DNA of 64,000 nucleotides from an uncultured Phycisphaerae bacterium (GTDB lineage Bacteria; Planctomycetota; Phycisphaerae; UBA1845; JANYLN01): NCBI GenBank assembly GCA_963767465.1, contig CAVYDW010000003.1, positions 848,116 to 912,115 of the forward strand, read 5' to 3'. Shown piece by piece: positions 34,407 to 44,976 of this stretch (position 1 is its first letter; each line of letters starts with the position of its first letter). The notes under the pieces were generated by a model. It saw only the letters and a program-made list of their open reading frames with translations, ran no database searches and was not told where the DNA came from. The position numbers and the translations under genes were made by a program.

Positions 34407-36385
34407 CTATCGCCCCGCCGGCAGCGCATCGGCCGCCTCGTCGTCGAAGATCTCCGTACCCCTTGGCGCCGGCGGCGCCCATGCGGTCCCGCAATGCCCG
34501 CACCGCGGCCGATCCACGATCCGCTTGGAACCGCACGAACCGCACGCTACCCGCGCAGGCCACTCCCGCAAGGCCAGCATCGTCAGCACGCCGGCCGGTC
34601 CGAAGAAGAACCCCATCGCCGCCCACCACCGCACCTGGCGAGGCGAGAACTCGTACCGCCGCGCGATCGCCAGGATCAGCGCGGCCCAGAAGACCGCGCC
34701 AACCAGCAGCACCGCACCCGCCAGCATCCAGAACCCGATGTGCGGGCCGAACAGTTCCAGCCGGATATCCTGCAGCCGCATCGCCGCCACCGGCCAGCCG
34801 TACCACGCCCATGTAGAGACAATGACCCCGGCGAACATCCCGATCAGCCCCGCGATCGGCGTGACCAGGGCCCACATGGCGTACGGCCGCGCCGGCGCCG
34901 GGTCCGGCCGGACGATCGGCGGAAGGTCGTAGCGCTGCACCTGCGTGCCGTCGGCCGACACCTCGACCAGGTGCTTTAGCCCGAGCGGTGTGAGCGGGTT
35001 GCTGTCCGGGTCGGTGACGTCCATGTCGGAGCGTTCGTACCAGATCGCATACCCGCCGGCCGGCAGGGCGGCCATTTCGATCTCCGGGTACTCCCTGAGG
35101 CTGTACTGCGGCGGGAAGGAAAGAACGGGCTCTCCGCCAGATCTCTTCAGCTCGATGCGGTTGGGCGTGACGATCGCGATCGGTCCGCTCGGTCGCCTCT
35201 CGTCCTTGATGTATATCTGCTCGGCACCCAGGATGGGCTCGGCCGGCGTGCCCGTCGCCAGCAGCTGCGCCTCGCCGTTTTTCAGCCAGATGTAATACAC
35301 CGCGGACCGGAGCGTCAGCAGCGGCGTCTGCGACCACAGGTCGTTGACCAGCCGCTCGTCCGGGAACAGCCGGCCCGGGTCGCTGCCGGCGGGCCGGAAG
35401 CCATCCGGCCCGATCGTCCCGATGGGCTTGTACGTCTGGCGATCGTACCCGACGACCAACCGGCTGGACGGCACGTAGAACCAGTTGGTCGCGCCGGATA
35501 CCTGGTACTCCATCGGTCGGGAAAACCGCTGGCCGTGCCGGTAGTTGGGGCGCCATGCGCCCCACGGGCCCGCGGCGATCTGGGAGAACCCCAGCATGTC
35601 CTTGCGAACCATCTCGTACACCAGCGACCCCGTGTACCCCTCGACGGGATGGCCCGCCAGGTCGGTCACCTCCCCAACCACGCTGTTGTACCCCGTGGTC
35701 ACCCGCAGCACGCGGCCCTGCTTGTCGACGTAGTACCGGGTCCAGGGCTGTTCCGACGACCCTTCCAGCAGCGTGCCGACCATGACCGCCCCGACGAGGC
35801 CCACGCCCAGCACCCCGGCCAGCAATACCACTCCCAGTCCCGCCTTGGCGACCGTCGGCTGCGAACGATACTGCCCCGACGCCACGAAGCTGCCCCACGC
35901 CGCCGTCAGCAGCACCGCCGCGCACAGCACCGCCGCCAGCGCCGCCTGCCAGAACTCCCACAGCCCCACCACCAGCATCGCGCAGATCACCGCCAGGACG
36001 AATGGCAGCGCCCGGCTGCCGTACCAGCGGACCGGGCGAAGCCCCGTCAGCATCGCGGCAAAGTAGAACGCTGCCCCCGCCAGCGCGTCGGCAATCCCCG
36101 GCAGGACCATCCGCCAGTGGAACGGTTCCGCCAGGTGGCCCGGCCACGCCGCCCACGCCGCCGCTCCGGCACGGTCTGGACCAGCCCCAACAGGCTGGCG
36201 CCCAAAGCCGAGCCGATGATCGTGATCATCATGAAGCCGCCCGACAGCAGCGACCCGCCCTCGCTCCACATGTAAGGTCTGCTTGACTGGTACAGCACGA
36301 AGGCCATCGCCGCCCCGATCGCCAGCATCCACAGGACGGCCCATCTCAGGTTCTCGCGGAACTCCTTCCAGATGATCGCACTCAT
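34407..36385 (-). CDS. Membrane protein of YtrA-regulated ABC operon (permease-like; frameshift near 36160)
   Basis: MSAIIWKEFRE start typical of ABC-2 permeases; many TM helices; C-terminal CxxC-CxxC. Confidence 0.65.
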
Positions 36386-37308
36386 GACGCGGCTCCCGCA
36401 TGCGGCAGACCGAAACTCCGGCTGCCCCTCTTGCCCACGTAGCTGATGAACGCCTCCTCCAGGTCGATCGGCACCGGCTCGATCCGCTGCGCCCCCAGGC
36501 GATGCAGGGCCTCCTCAGCCGTGCCCTCTGCGCCGGCCACGGTCACGGCCACCTCGTCCTCGCCGCGAACGCTGTCCAGCAGCCCCGGCACGGCCGCCAG
36601 GTCCGGCACCGACCCGGTGAAACGCACCACCAGGCGCCGCACCCGCTGCCGGAAGGTCTCCGCGCGCAGCCCGCCGTCAGACGGCCGTGGTCGAGCACCG
36701 CAATCCGGTCGGCCACGCGTTCGACGTCCCCCAGCAGGTGCGAGGAGAAGAAGATCGTGCGATCGGAGCGCCGCGTCACCCAGACCATCGCCTCCAGCAG
36801 GGCCCGCCGCGCCACCGGGTCCAGCCCCAGCGCCGGGTCGTCCAGCACCAGCAGCTCCGGCTCCGGCGCCAGCGTCAGCGCCAGGCAGAGCCCGGCGCGC
36901 TCCCCGCGCGAGAGGCTCCCGGCCCGCGCCCCCGGGTCCAGGCTGGAAGTACTCCAGGATCGACGCGAACAATCTGTCATTCCAATGTCGGTAGAACCGC
37001 GACTGGAACCGCCCGCATTCGCGGACCCGCATCCAGCCGTACACGTGGTGCCCCTCGGCCAGGTAGCCCACCCTCTCCCGTACGGCCGGCGTGAGCGCCA
37101 TGCTGTCCCGGCCCAGGATGCTGCACGAACCGCGGGTCGGCTCCAGCAGCCCCAGCAGCATCCGCACGGCCGTGGTCTTGCCCGAACCGTTGCGGCCGAG
37201 AAACCCGAAGATGCAGCCCCGCGGCACGTCGATATCCAGGCTGTCCACCGCGCACTTGCCACCGAAGTACCGCGTCAGGCCTCGCACTTGGATCACCGGA
37301 TCACTCAT
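36382..37308 (-). CDS. ABC transporter ATP-binding protein (YtrB-like; frameshifts near 36945 and 36665)
   Basis: GRNGSGKTT, LSRGERA, LVLDDPALGLDP, SSHLL. Confidence 0.9.
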   Translation of the reverse strand: MSDPVIQVRGLTRYFGGKCAVDSLDIDVPRGCIFGFLGRNGSGKTTAVRMLLGLLEPTRGSCSILGRDSMALTPAVRERVGYLAEGHHVYGWMRVRECGRFQSRFYRHWNDRLFASILEYFQPGPGGAGREPLARGARRALPGADAGAGAGAAGAGRPGAGAGPGGAAGPAGGDGLGDAALRSHDLLLLAPAGGRRTRGRPDCGARPRPSDGGLRAETFRQRVRRLVVRFTGSVPDLAAVPGLLDSVRGEDEVAVTVAGAEGTAEEALHRLGAQRIEPVPIDLEEAFISYVGKRGSRSFGLPHAGAAS

Positions 37309-37717
37309 CGCCCTTCCCTCGCCTGGCGGCCTTCGGCTGGATGCGGCACAGTTCACGATCGACGATCATGCGGATCTCATCCGGCGTGTAGTTGAGCACG
37401 AGTACCTCGCCCAGGAACGACTGAAGGGCCTCCCGCAGCCGGCGGTCCCGCTCCTCATCCGAGTAGACCTGCCGCCGGTCGGCGATGAAGTACCCCCGGC
37501 CCTGGCGCGACTCGATCACCCCGTCGCGCACCAGCTCGCCGTAGGCCTTGGCGACCGTGTTGGGGTTGATGACCAGCTGTTCAGCCAGGGCACGGATGCT
37601 GGGCAGCGCATCGCCCGGCTGGCGGGTCCGCGCAACGACGCCGTGGCGGATCTGGTCAACGATCTGGCGATAGATCGGCGTCGGGCTGCCCGGTGCGACT
37701 CGGACTTCCAGGGCCAC
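37301..37717 (-). CDS. GntR family, YtrA-subfamily regulator
   Basis: PIYRQIVDQI, PGDALPSIRALA..INPNTVAKAY..GRGYFI; short C-terminus; heads an ABC operon. Confidence 0.92.
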   Translation of the reverse strand: MALEVRVAPGSPTPIYRQIVDQIRHGVVARTRQPGDALPSIRALAEQLVINPNTVAKAYGELVRDGVIESRQGRGYFIADRRQVYSDEERDRRLREALQSFLGEVLVLNYTPDEIRMIVDRELCRIQPKAARRGKGDE

Positions 37718-37726
37718 TAGGATTGC

Positions 37727-37769
37727 TCCTGCTATACTGTACTAGTCAACATAGTACAGTATAGCAGGA
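37727..37769. promoter_or_regulatory. YtrA-type operator: perfect 18-bp inverted repeat overlapping the promoter
   Basis: TCCTGCTATACTGTACTA-gtcaaca-TAGTACAGTATAGCAGGA; minus-strand TTGACG-N16-TATACT overlaps it. Confidence 0.85.
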
Positions 37770-38062
37770 CTGCAAGGGCCGTCAAGCCCGCGAGCGCTTG
37801 TCTTGTGCCGGGTGCCAAGCCCGCGCATCTTGCAGACGTGCCTCCCGGAGTGCCGCCTGCCCGGGGTCGTTACGAGCCCGAAGTGTCAGCGAGGGTGCCT
37901 GTTGCCGTTGTCTGGCCCAATGCATCCAACCCGGTTACAATCCCCCTATTCCGTTCACCGTACCACCCACAAGAGGGAACCTCATTGTGGACCGCGGCAT
38001 TCGTTGTTTTCTATCACACCCGTCATCGCGGCTGCGAATACTCGGCAACCATCCGGTACCGG

Positions 38063-38632
38063 CTAGTAGACCTTGCCGAACCGGCTAGGCTCGACCTCGA
38101 AGATGCTCTGGGTCCGCAGGATCGTGTTCTCCTCCGGAAACAGGTGGAACGCATGGACGTGAAACTCGTTGTCCCGCGCCTCGGTGCTCAGGTAACTGAA
38201 CGGCACCACGCCGTTGGTCGCCCGGTCCGGGTACGCCATGTGCATCCCGCGATGCTTGGCGTCGTTCAGCAGGTCGTCGTGACACGCCTTAAAGACATTC
38301 TCTGTCATCTGTTCGACCTGGCTGCTGAAGATGTACTGCAGCCCTTCGTCGAACTCCCGCGTCTCGTCCCGCTCGCCCCGGAACTTGAAACTGGTCACCA
38401 GGCCACGCTGCGGAAGCGAATCGCCAGGGGCCGCAGCCACTTCCGTGATCACGGTGTTCTTGAATCGCATCGTTACGACGTGGGCCAGCCCGACGATCCA
38501 CACGTCCGCCTGATACCGGCGCTGCCGCGTCGTCTGCGCCTGGTCAATATGGAACAATTCCGGGTGCAAAACCCGGCCGTATAGGTAGTAACGTAGCTGA
38601 CCTACACTTTGCCTTGCATGTTCAAGATCCAC
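38063..38632 (-). CDS. DUF2617-like conserved protein
   Basis: LHPELF near the N-terminus and HAFHLFPEE..ILRTQSIFE near the C-terminus; family recalled, not searched. Confidence 0.55.
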   Translation of the reverse strand: MDLEHARQSVGQLRYYLYGRVLHPELFHIDQAQTTRQRRYQADVWIVGLAHVVTMRFKNTVITEVAAAPGDSLPQRGLVTSFKFRGERDETREFDEGLQYIFSSQVEQMTENVFKACHDDLLNDAKHRGMHMAYPDRATNGVVPFSYLSTEARDNEFHVHAFHLFPEENTILRTQSIFEVEPSRFGKVY

Positions 38633-39056
38633 GCCCAGCTCCCTTTAGTGCACTCAAGTACCTGCCCGCAAGGGCGATGAAGTTACAGATCGGCAATTAT
38701 ACTGACGCCCCCATCCCCCTTCAACGAAAAACGTCTTCGTTGCAGGTAGTCATTGTACATGCTAAACGTCCGATGGGAAGACTTTTTTTCCGCACAATCA
38801 CGCTTACGTCGCTTGCCGCCCACAGTGCTTGTACCTATCGGCAGGCTGCCCGATGCCTCTTTGGGGTGTGTGCGGTCGGTTACTTACCTGCTAGCGCTAC
38901 CCATTGCTGTTCCGGCTCTGACAGCTGGCGTGGCTTGCGACCCGCCCATGACGATGCGGACCATTGCGGTTGAATGGCTCGTGCGCGTGGCCTGTGACGT
39001 GACGCGATATCAAGGCTATAAGTAATTCGCCGGTAATGCCTTGCGCATGTTTCGTG

Positions 39057-40097
39057 TCAGGCGTCAACCAGGGCGATCAGGGGCAATTTCCAGCAGATCG
39101 ATTCGATGCGGGTCAGCCGCTTGAGGTGCCTGGGTGGCAGGACTTCCGCGTCCCGCAGCACCTCGCACAGCCATGCAAAGCTGACCACCTGCCCTCGCCA
39201 GCCCACCCGGTATCGCACGACAGGTGCGGCGCCCCAACTTGAGACAAGCAACTGCCCCGCCTCCTGTTGGATCCACGGTCCGCGCGGTAGCGGCTGGTAG
39301 ATGGCGGTAGGTACAAAACCGTCCGGCAGCAGCTCGTTTCGCGCTGTTGCAGACCTCCGGCAGGCATCCAGCACCATCCGCGAAAGAGGGGTCTCCGCCG
39401 CGATCAACGGCCCGACCTCATCCGCCCCTCGCACCGAGCAGACCCGGATCTGTTGGCTGAATCCCGCCGTGGCCCCGGCTGCAAGCGGCCCGAACACCAC
39501 GATGCCGGCGCGACCCTTCCACTGTCCCAGCCAGGCTGCCTGCTCAACTGCCCTGGCCGGGTCCGCCAGCACGACGCATTGGTCGAACCCGTTGGCCGCT
39601 CGCAAGGCTGATTCCGGGCTTCTGCCATCAGGAATGTCCCGCACGCACCCCCGCAGGTAACCCGCGGCGATGGCCGACTGGAGGGCCTGCTCGATCCGCC
39701 GCCGACTGGACCAGCCCGTCTCCGGCAGGGCCGGGACCAGCAGCGTCCGCCGGGCCCCGGCGTCGAACCAGCCGGTCAGCACGTCCACCAGCTGCTCGCG
39801 AAGGACCTGGAGTTCATCCCGCCCGCGGGGCCAGCCCTCATCGGGCGCTCCCGTTGCCTCCACGGCCACGGCCTGCCCCTGCCTTCCGGAACGGCATCGC
39901 TGTTGGAGTGGGAAGACCTGGACATAGCTTCGGCGGCAGGTCTGCAGATGGGGGTTCGCCGCAAGGGGTCGGGCGGGGTCGGTGGCATTGCCGAAGATCC
40001 GCAGGAGCGTGTTGTAAGCCGGCACGGACCGCGTCGCGCGTGCAAGGAGCGACCGGCCTCGCCGCTGCCACGCCCAGTCGGCCAGCGAGAGCGGCAT
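39057..40097 (-). CDS. Degenerate phenylacetate-CoA ligase-like protein
   Basis: ATRSVPAYN, WPR, GADE, ETPLS, PVVRY, KLPLI; no intact SSG(S/T)TG loop. Confidence 0.45.
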   Translation of the reverse strand: MPLSLADWAWQRRGRSLLARATRSVPAYNTLLRIFGNATDPARPLAANPHLQTCRRSYVQVFPLQQRCRSGRQGQAVAVEATGAPDEGWPRGRDELQVLREQLVDVLTGWFDAGARRTLLVPALPETGWSSRRRIEQALQSAIAAGYLRGCVRDIPDGRSPESALRAANGFDQCVVLADPARAVEQAAWLGQWKGRAGIVVFGPLAAGATAGFSQQIRVCSVRGADEVGPLIAAETPLSRMVLDACRRSATARNELLPDGFVPTAIYQPLPRGPWIQQEAGQLLVSSWGAAPVVRYRVGWRGQVVSFAWLCEVLRDAEVLPPRHLKRLTRIESICWKLPLIALVDA

Positions 40098-40810
40098 GAC
40101 TCGCCAGCCGTGACTTGCCGCCGCGTAGGCGAGCACGAGTTGTCCTCCCAGATCGGCCGCGGACTCCCATGCGCGGCCTGCATGGGGGCATTGTACCACG
40201 GGCGAGGGGTGGGTGTCATACGTTTTCCGCGATGGGGGTGCGTGGAGCGAGCGTGGAAGAAGGAGCACTGGCAGGCAAGCTGCCAGTGGCACCCGGCGAG
40301 GGGGGGCAGAGCGCGAGCGAGGGATGGCAGGCATGGGGCGTGATATGCGGGGCGGGGCGGTTGTCTCGCCCTTGCAGGGCTCAAGACACAAAGGCAACAA
40401 TCCAATGAATGGGGCCTTTCGAGCCCAGGGCCGCGGCGGCTGCGCCGCCTTGCCCCCGGGCTGACTTGCCGCGGCCTTTCAGGCCGCAACGACAGGACAG
40501 ACGATCGACGCTTGGGGTCGCAACGATGGGAGCACGGTTGCAGACGGCGCGGGTGTGGGACCTGCCCAAAGCGGCGTCCCAGCCGGCGCACTCCATCACA
40601 CACGGCTACAGACGGCGCAGGTGTGGCAGGCGACTGGAACAGCGGCAAGTGGGAGGGGGCCTAATGGAGGCCGCCCGGCCAGTTCGCGCGACGGGGGCGG
40701 TAGCGTCGATCTGGTGACAGCCGCTGTCACTTCCGGAGGTGGCTGGGCTTTCCTCTTTCTATTTGTGCGCCCTCGAGTTATGCTGTACGTACAGATCCGG
40801 AGGAGGCTCG

Positions 40811-43800
40811 ATGGCGGAGACGAGGCAGTTCGATTCTGTCACGCTGGACAAGATGGTCGAGAACGTCGCTTGCTGGACCCAAGCAGGCGGTAACAAGCCA
40901 GCGTTTACCATGCTGTTGGGCTCCGGATTCAGTTTTCCCATCATCCCGACGCCCAGCCAGATGCTTGCCAAGGACATTGCCTGGTGGCTCTATTGGCAGA
41001 AGCAGAAGAAGGGGCAGGGCAAGTTCACGGACAGGCCTGCTATCCACAAGAACCTCCCGAAATTCGAGAAGGACCTCTGGAAGCAGGTCCAGAAGGATGC
41101 GAATTCCTCTTTCGATCTAGACTCATCCGGGCTGCCGGACGGGACTCGTCCTGAAAACGCCGCCGCTGCTTACAAGGCGATGATGAGTGGGCAAGCGACA
41201 GGCGGGCTTGCCACGCCGGACCACAGGCGCCGCTACCTCCGCGACGTGATCGCTCGCGCCAGGGGTAAGGTGAATGGGGCGCACCTGTATCTGGCGGATA
41301 TCCTGAGCGCTCAGGATGGGGGTGCCATTGGCGGTACCTTCTGCAGGACCATCTTCACGACCAACTTCGATCCACTTCTGCAGATAAGCCTGCAGTTGGT
41401 CCGGAAGCTCTACTATATGACCGACCGACCACACACGCTCGAGCCGCCGGATGACGAGGAAAGCGAGGCCATCCACCTCATCTATTCGCACGGGAGCATT
41501 CATCGGTACGTCCTTCTGAACACGGAGTCGGAGATTGAAGCCGCTCGGAGGCGCAACGCCCCCAGTCTTGTTCCCTATTTCGAGAAGCACGGTGTGATCG
41601 TGATGGGTTACAGCGGGTGGAACGACGCGACGATGGCTGCCCTACGCAACTGCAGCCGATTTGCATGGAACCTGTACTGGTGTGATCGGTGGCCGGCGGA
41701 CCAGGCGCCCGCGCGCTCAGGCAAGACGTAGTGGACTTTCTCTCCGAGAAGCGCGGGAATGCCTTCTACGTTCATATCAGCGGGGCGGATGAGGCCATGC
41801 TGAGGATTCACGAACGCCTGGGGCTGGGAAGATGGCCGCGGTTCATACTTTCCCCGTTGGACCACGTCATTGACCAGATCAACAGCGTGGACGTTCTCGG
41901 GCGTAGGGCTGCCAGGTCAGGGCGGGGGTGGTGAGGGGGGTAACGCCGGAAGGTCCGGGGGTCCTGAAGGCCTGTCGGACACCCTCAAGGACGTGCGGGA
42001 CAGGACGCTCAAGCTTCTGGAGGCGGCCCGGCAGGCTTTTGAGACGGGCGGAGTCGGGCCGGCGGTCGGCGAAGAGGGGAAGGCTGCCGCGGCCGTGACA
42101 GGCGCCGCGACGGTGGCCAGGATCATGAACGATGCCCTGGCGGCCGCATATGCCGGGAGGTATGGCGATGCGGCGAACCTCTGGGGCACGGTGATCGATG
42201 ATCCTCTGGCACCTGTGGGCGAGAGGGCCATGGCCCTGTTCAATCGCGGGTTTGTGTACGGGGAGATGAAGGAGCCTGAGAAGGAAGTGGCGGACTACAC
42301 GACGGTGCTCGGGATGGCGGATGCTCCGGCGGAGCAGCGGGCCATGGCCCTGTTCAACCGCGGGGTTGCCCATCGGAGGATGAACGAGCTCGAGAAGGCA
42401 GTGGCGGACTACACGACGCTGCTCGGGATGGCGGATGCTCCGGCGGAGCAGCGGGCCATGGCCCTGTTCAACCGCGGGGTTGCCCATCGGAGGATGAACG
42501 AGCTCGAGAAGGCAGTGGCGGACTACACGACGGTGCTCGGGATGGCGGATGCTCCGGCGGAGCAGCGGGCCAAGGCCCTGTTCAATCGCGGGGTCGTGTA
42601 CGGGGAGATGAAGCAGCCTGAGAAGGCAGTGGCGGACTACACGACGGTGCTCGGGATGGCGGATGCTCCGGCGGAGCAGCGGGCCAAGGCCCTGGTCAAT
42701 CGCGGGGTCGTGTACGGGGAGATGAAGCAGCCTGAGAAGGCAGTGGCGGACTACACGACGCTCCTCGGGATGGCGGATGCCCCGGCGGAGCAGCGGGCCA
42801 TGGCCCTGGTCAACCGCGGGGTTGCGTACGGGGAGATGAAGGAGCCTGAGAAGGCAGTGGCGGACTACACGACGGTGCTCGGGATGGCGGATGCTCCGGC
42901 GGAGCAGCGGGCCATGGCCCTGGTCAATCGCGGGGTCGTGTACGGGGAGATGAAGCAGCCTGAGAAGGCAGTGGCGGACTACACGACGGTGCTCGGGATG
43001 GCGGATGCTCCGGCGGAGCAGCGGGCCATGGCCCTGTTCAACCGCGGGGTTGCCCATCGGAGGATGAACGAGCTCGAGAAGGCAGTGGCTTACTACACGA
43101 CGGTGCTCGGGATGGCGGATGCTCCGGCGGAGCAGCGGGCCAAGGCCCTGGTCAATCGCGGGGTCGTGTACGGGGAGATGAAGCAGCCTGAGAAGGCAGT
43201 GGCGGACTACACGACGGTGCTCGGGATGGCGGATGCTCCGGCGGAGCAGCGGGCCATGGCCCTGTTCAACCGCGGGGTTGCCCATCGGAGGATGAACGAG
43301 CTCGAGAAGGCAGTGGCGGACTACACGACGGTGCTCGGGATGGCGGATGCTCCGGCGGAGCAGCGGGCCATGGCCCTGTTCAACCGCGGGGTTGCCCATC
43401 GGAGGATGAACGAGCTCGAGAAGGCAGTGGCGGACTACACGACGGTGCTCGGGATGGCGGATGCTCCGGCGGAGCAGAGGGCCATGGCCCTGGCCAATCG
43501 CGGGGTCGTGTACGGGGAGATGAAGCAGCCCGAGAAGGAAGTGGCGGACTACACGACGGTGATCGGGATGGCGGATGCTCCGGCGGAGCAGCGGGCCATG
43601 GCCCTGTTCAATCGCGGGGTCGTGTACGGGCAGATGAAGCAGCCCGAGAAGGAAGTGGCGGACTACACGACGCTGCTCGGGATGGCGGATGCCCCGGCGG
43701 AGCAGCGGGCCCAGGCCCTGGTCAACCGCGGGGTTGCGTACGGGGAGATGAAGGAGCCTGAGAAGGCGGTGGCGGACTACACGACGCTAATCGGAATGGC

Positions 43801-44407
43801 GGATGCCCCGGTCGATCAGAGGGCCAAGGCCCTGTTCAATCGCGGGGTCGTCTACGGGGAGATGAAGCAGCCCGAGAAGGAAGTGGCGGACTACACGACG
43901 GTGATCGGGATGGCGGATGCTCCGGCGGAGCAGCGGGCCATGGCCCTGTTCAATCGCGGGGTTGCCCATCGGAGGATGAACGAGCTCGAGAAGGCAGTGG
44001 CGGACTACACGACGGTGCTCGGGATGGCGGATGCTCCGGCGGAGCAGCGGGTGAGAGCGCTTGTTGGCAGAGGGTGGGCTGCTTACGGTCGGGGGGACGT
44101 CGGGTCGCTGATTGCGGACTCTGAGGCGGCCTTGAAGATAGATCCGTGCGAGTGGCGTGCCCGAGTGAACATGGCGCTTGGGCTGCTGCTGACGGGTGAG
44201 GTGGACCGGGCGCGGGCGGAGTACGGCCGCGCGGTGACGGAGTCGAAGTCTCCGGCGGAGCCGGCGAAAGAAGCCATAGACGATCTGACCGACGCCGTCG
44301 CAGCGCGGGGGTCGGTTGATGGGGCGGACGACATCCTGGCAATGCTCAGGTCGTACCTGCCAGGGGAGTCTGGGCAAGGCGGGGCGGGTGGGGCGGTGAG
44401 TAAGTGA
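40811..44407 (+). CDS. SIR2-like (SIR2_2) domain fused to a TPR repeat array, ~1200 aa (probable frameshifts near 41715 and 41900)
   Basis: GGAGG RBS; MLLGSGFS, IFTTNFDPLL, YSHGS, VMGYSGWND; coding linker continues in alternate frames into the 845-aa TPR ORF, which has no clear RBS/start. Confidence 0.8.
42227..44050 (+). repeat. 16 tandem 114-bp (38-aa) TPR-coding repeats
   Basis: 1824 bp = 16 x 114; consensus A(M/K)AL(F/V)NRGV(VYGEMKQP/AHRRMNEL)EKAVADYTTVLGMADAPAEQR. Confidence 0.98.
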
Positions 44408-44615
44408 ACGGGGACGGGGACGCACTGGACCGTGAGATAAGCGGTTCCTGTTGCTTGGTGTGCGGCGCTCTTTCTGTGAGCGGGTCGGCATGGCCGCAGA
44501 CAGCGCGGCCATGGCACCCGGTGGATTCCGCTGGCACCGACGTCGGTACTCTTCGGTGGTGTCAAAGGCGCGGAATCATGCATCGTCCATGACGGACGGC
44601 AGTCGGGAGAAAACC

Positions 44616-44650
44616 GAGAGCCGGATCCCCCCCGGGATCCGGCTCTCTTT
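44616..44650. terminator. Strong hairpin, possibly a bidirectional terminator
   Basis: GAGAGCCGGATCCC-cccc-GGGATCCGGCTCTC; TTT after and AAAA just before. Confidence 0.65.
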
Positions 44651-44976
44651 ATGGAGGCATATCCAACCTGTACTTCGCCGGCTGCGCTCGCTACCTTTCG
44701 GCGGCTATGCGGTCAGTCCGATCGGAGGCCCGGCGGGTGCGCGACCTGCACGGGCTGAAGCGCAAGGGGCGGTTGTTGTTCCGCGCCGATTTGCGGCAGG
44801 GGAGGGCCCGGCGCGGTTTTGTGTCGGTCCTTCCCATTCTTGACCGGGTTTCCCCGTCAACCTAACGTCGTGTAGACGAACCTGGTTCCCGGGCAGGCTG
44901 CAACGGGGGATCGGCGGGCCGGCGCCCGTCGTCCGGCAGCCGCCACAGGCACGTCTGCTTCCACAAGGGGCGAATC

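Noticed and set aside
37870-37895. ACGAGCCCGAAGTGTCAGCGAGGG, resembling a planctomycete REP-like repeat
   Set aside because: Only one copy seen in the window; cannot be supported as a repeat here.
11968-41731. Canonical Sir2-HerA defence operon
   Set aside because: The two genes are 27 kb apart, on opposite strands, separated by housekeeping genes.
41879-43399. 506-aa antisense repetitive ORF
   Set aside because: Shadow of the TPR repeats; it is broken by a single base change in repeat 12 and has no independent signals.
42227-44050. CRISPR array or DGR template/variable repeats
   Set aside because: Units are in-frame coding repeats with no unique spacers, no cas or reverse transcriptase gene is present, and variation is not adenine-specific.
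44404-44592. 62-aa ORF overlapping the TPR stop (GTGA) as a partner gene
   Set aside because: No recognisable motif and atypical composition; not supportable.
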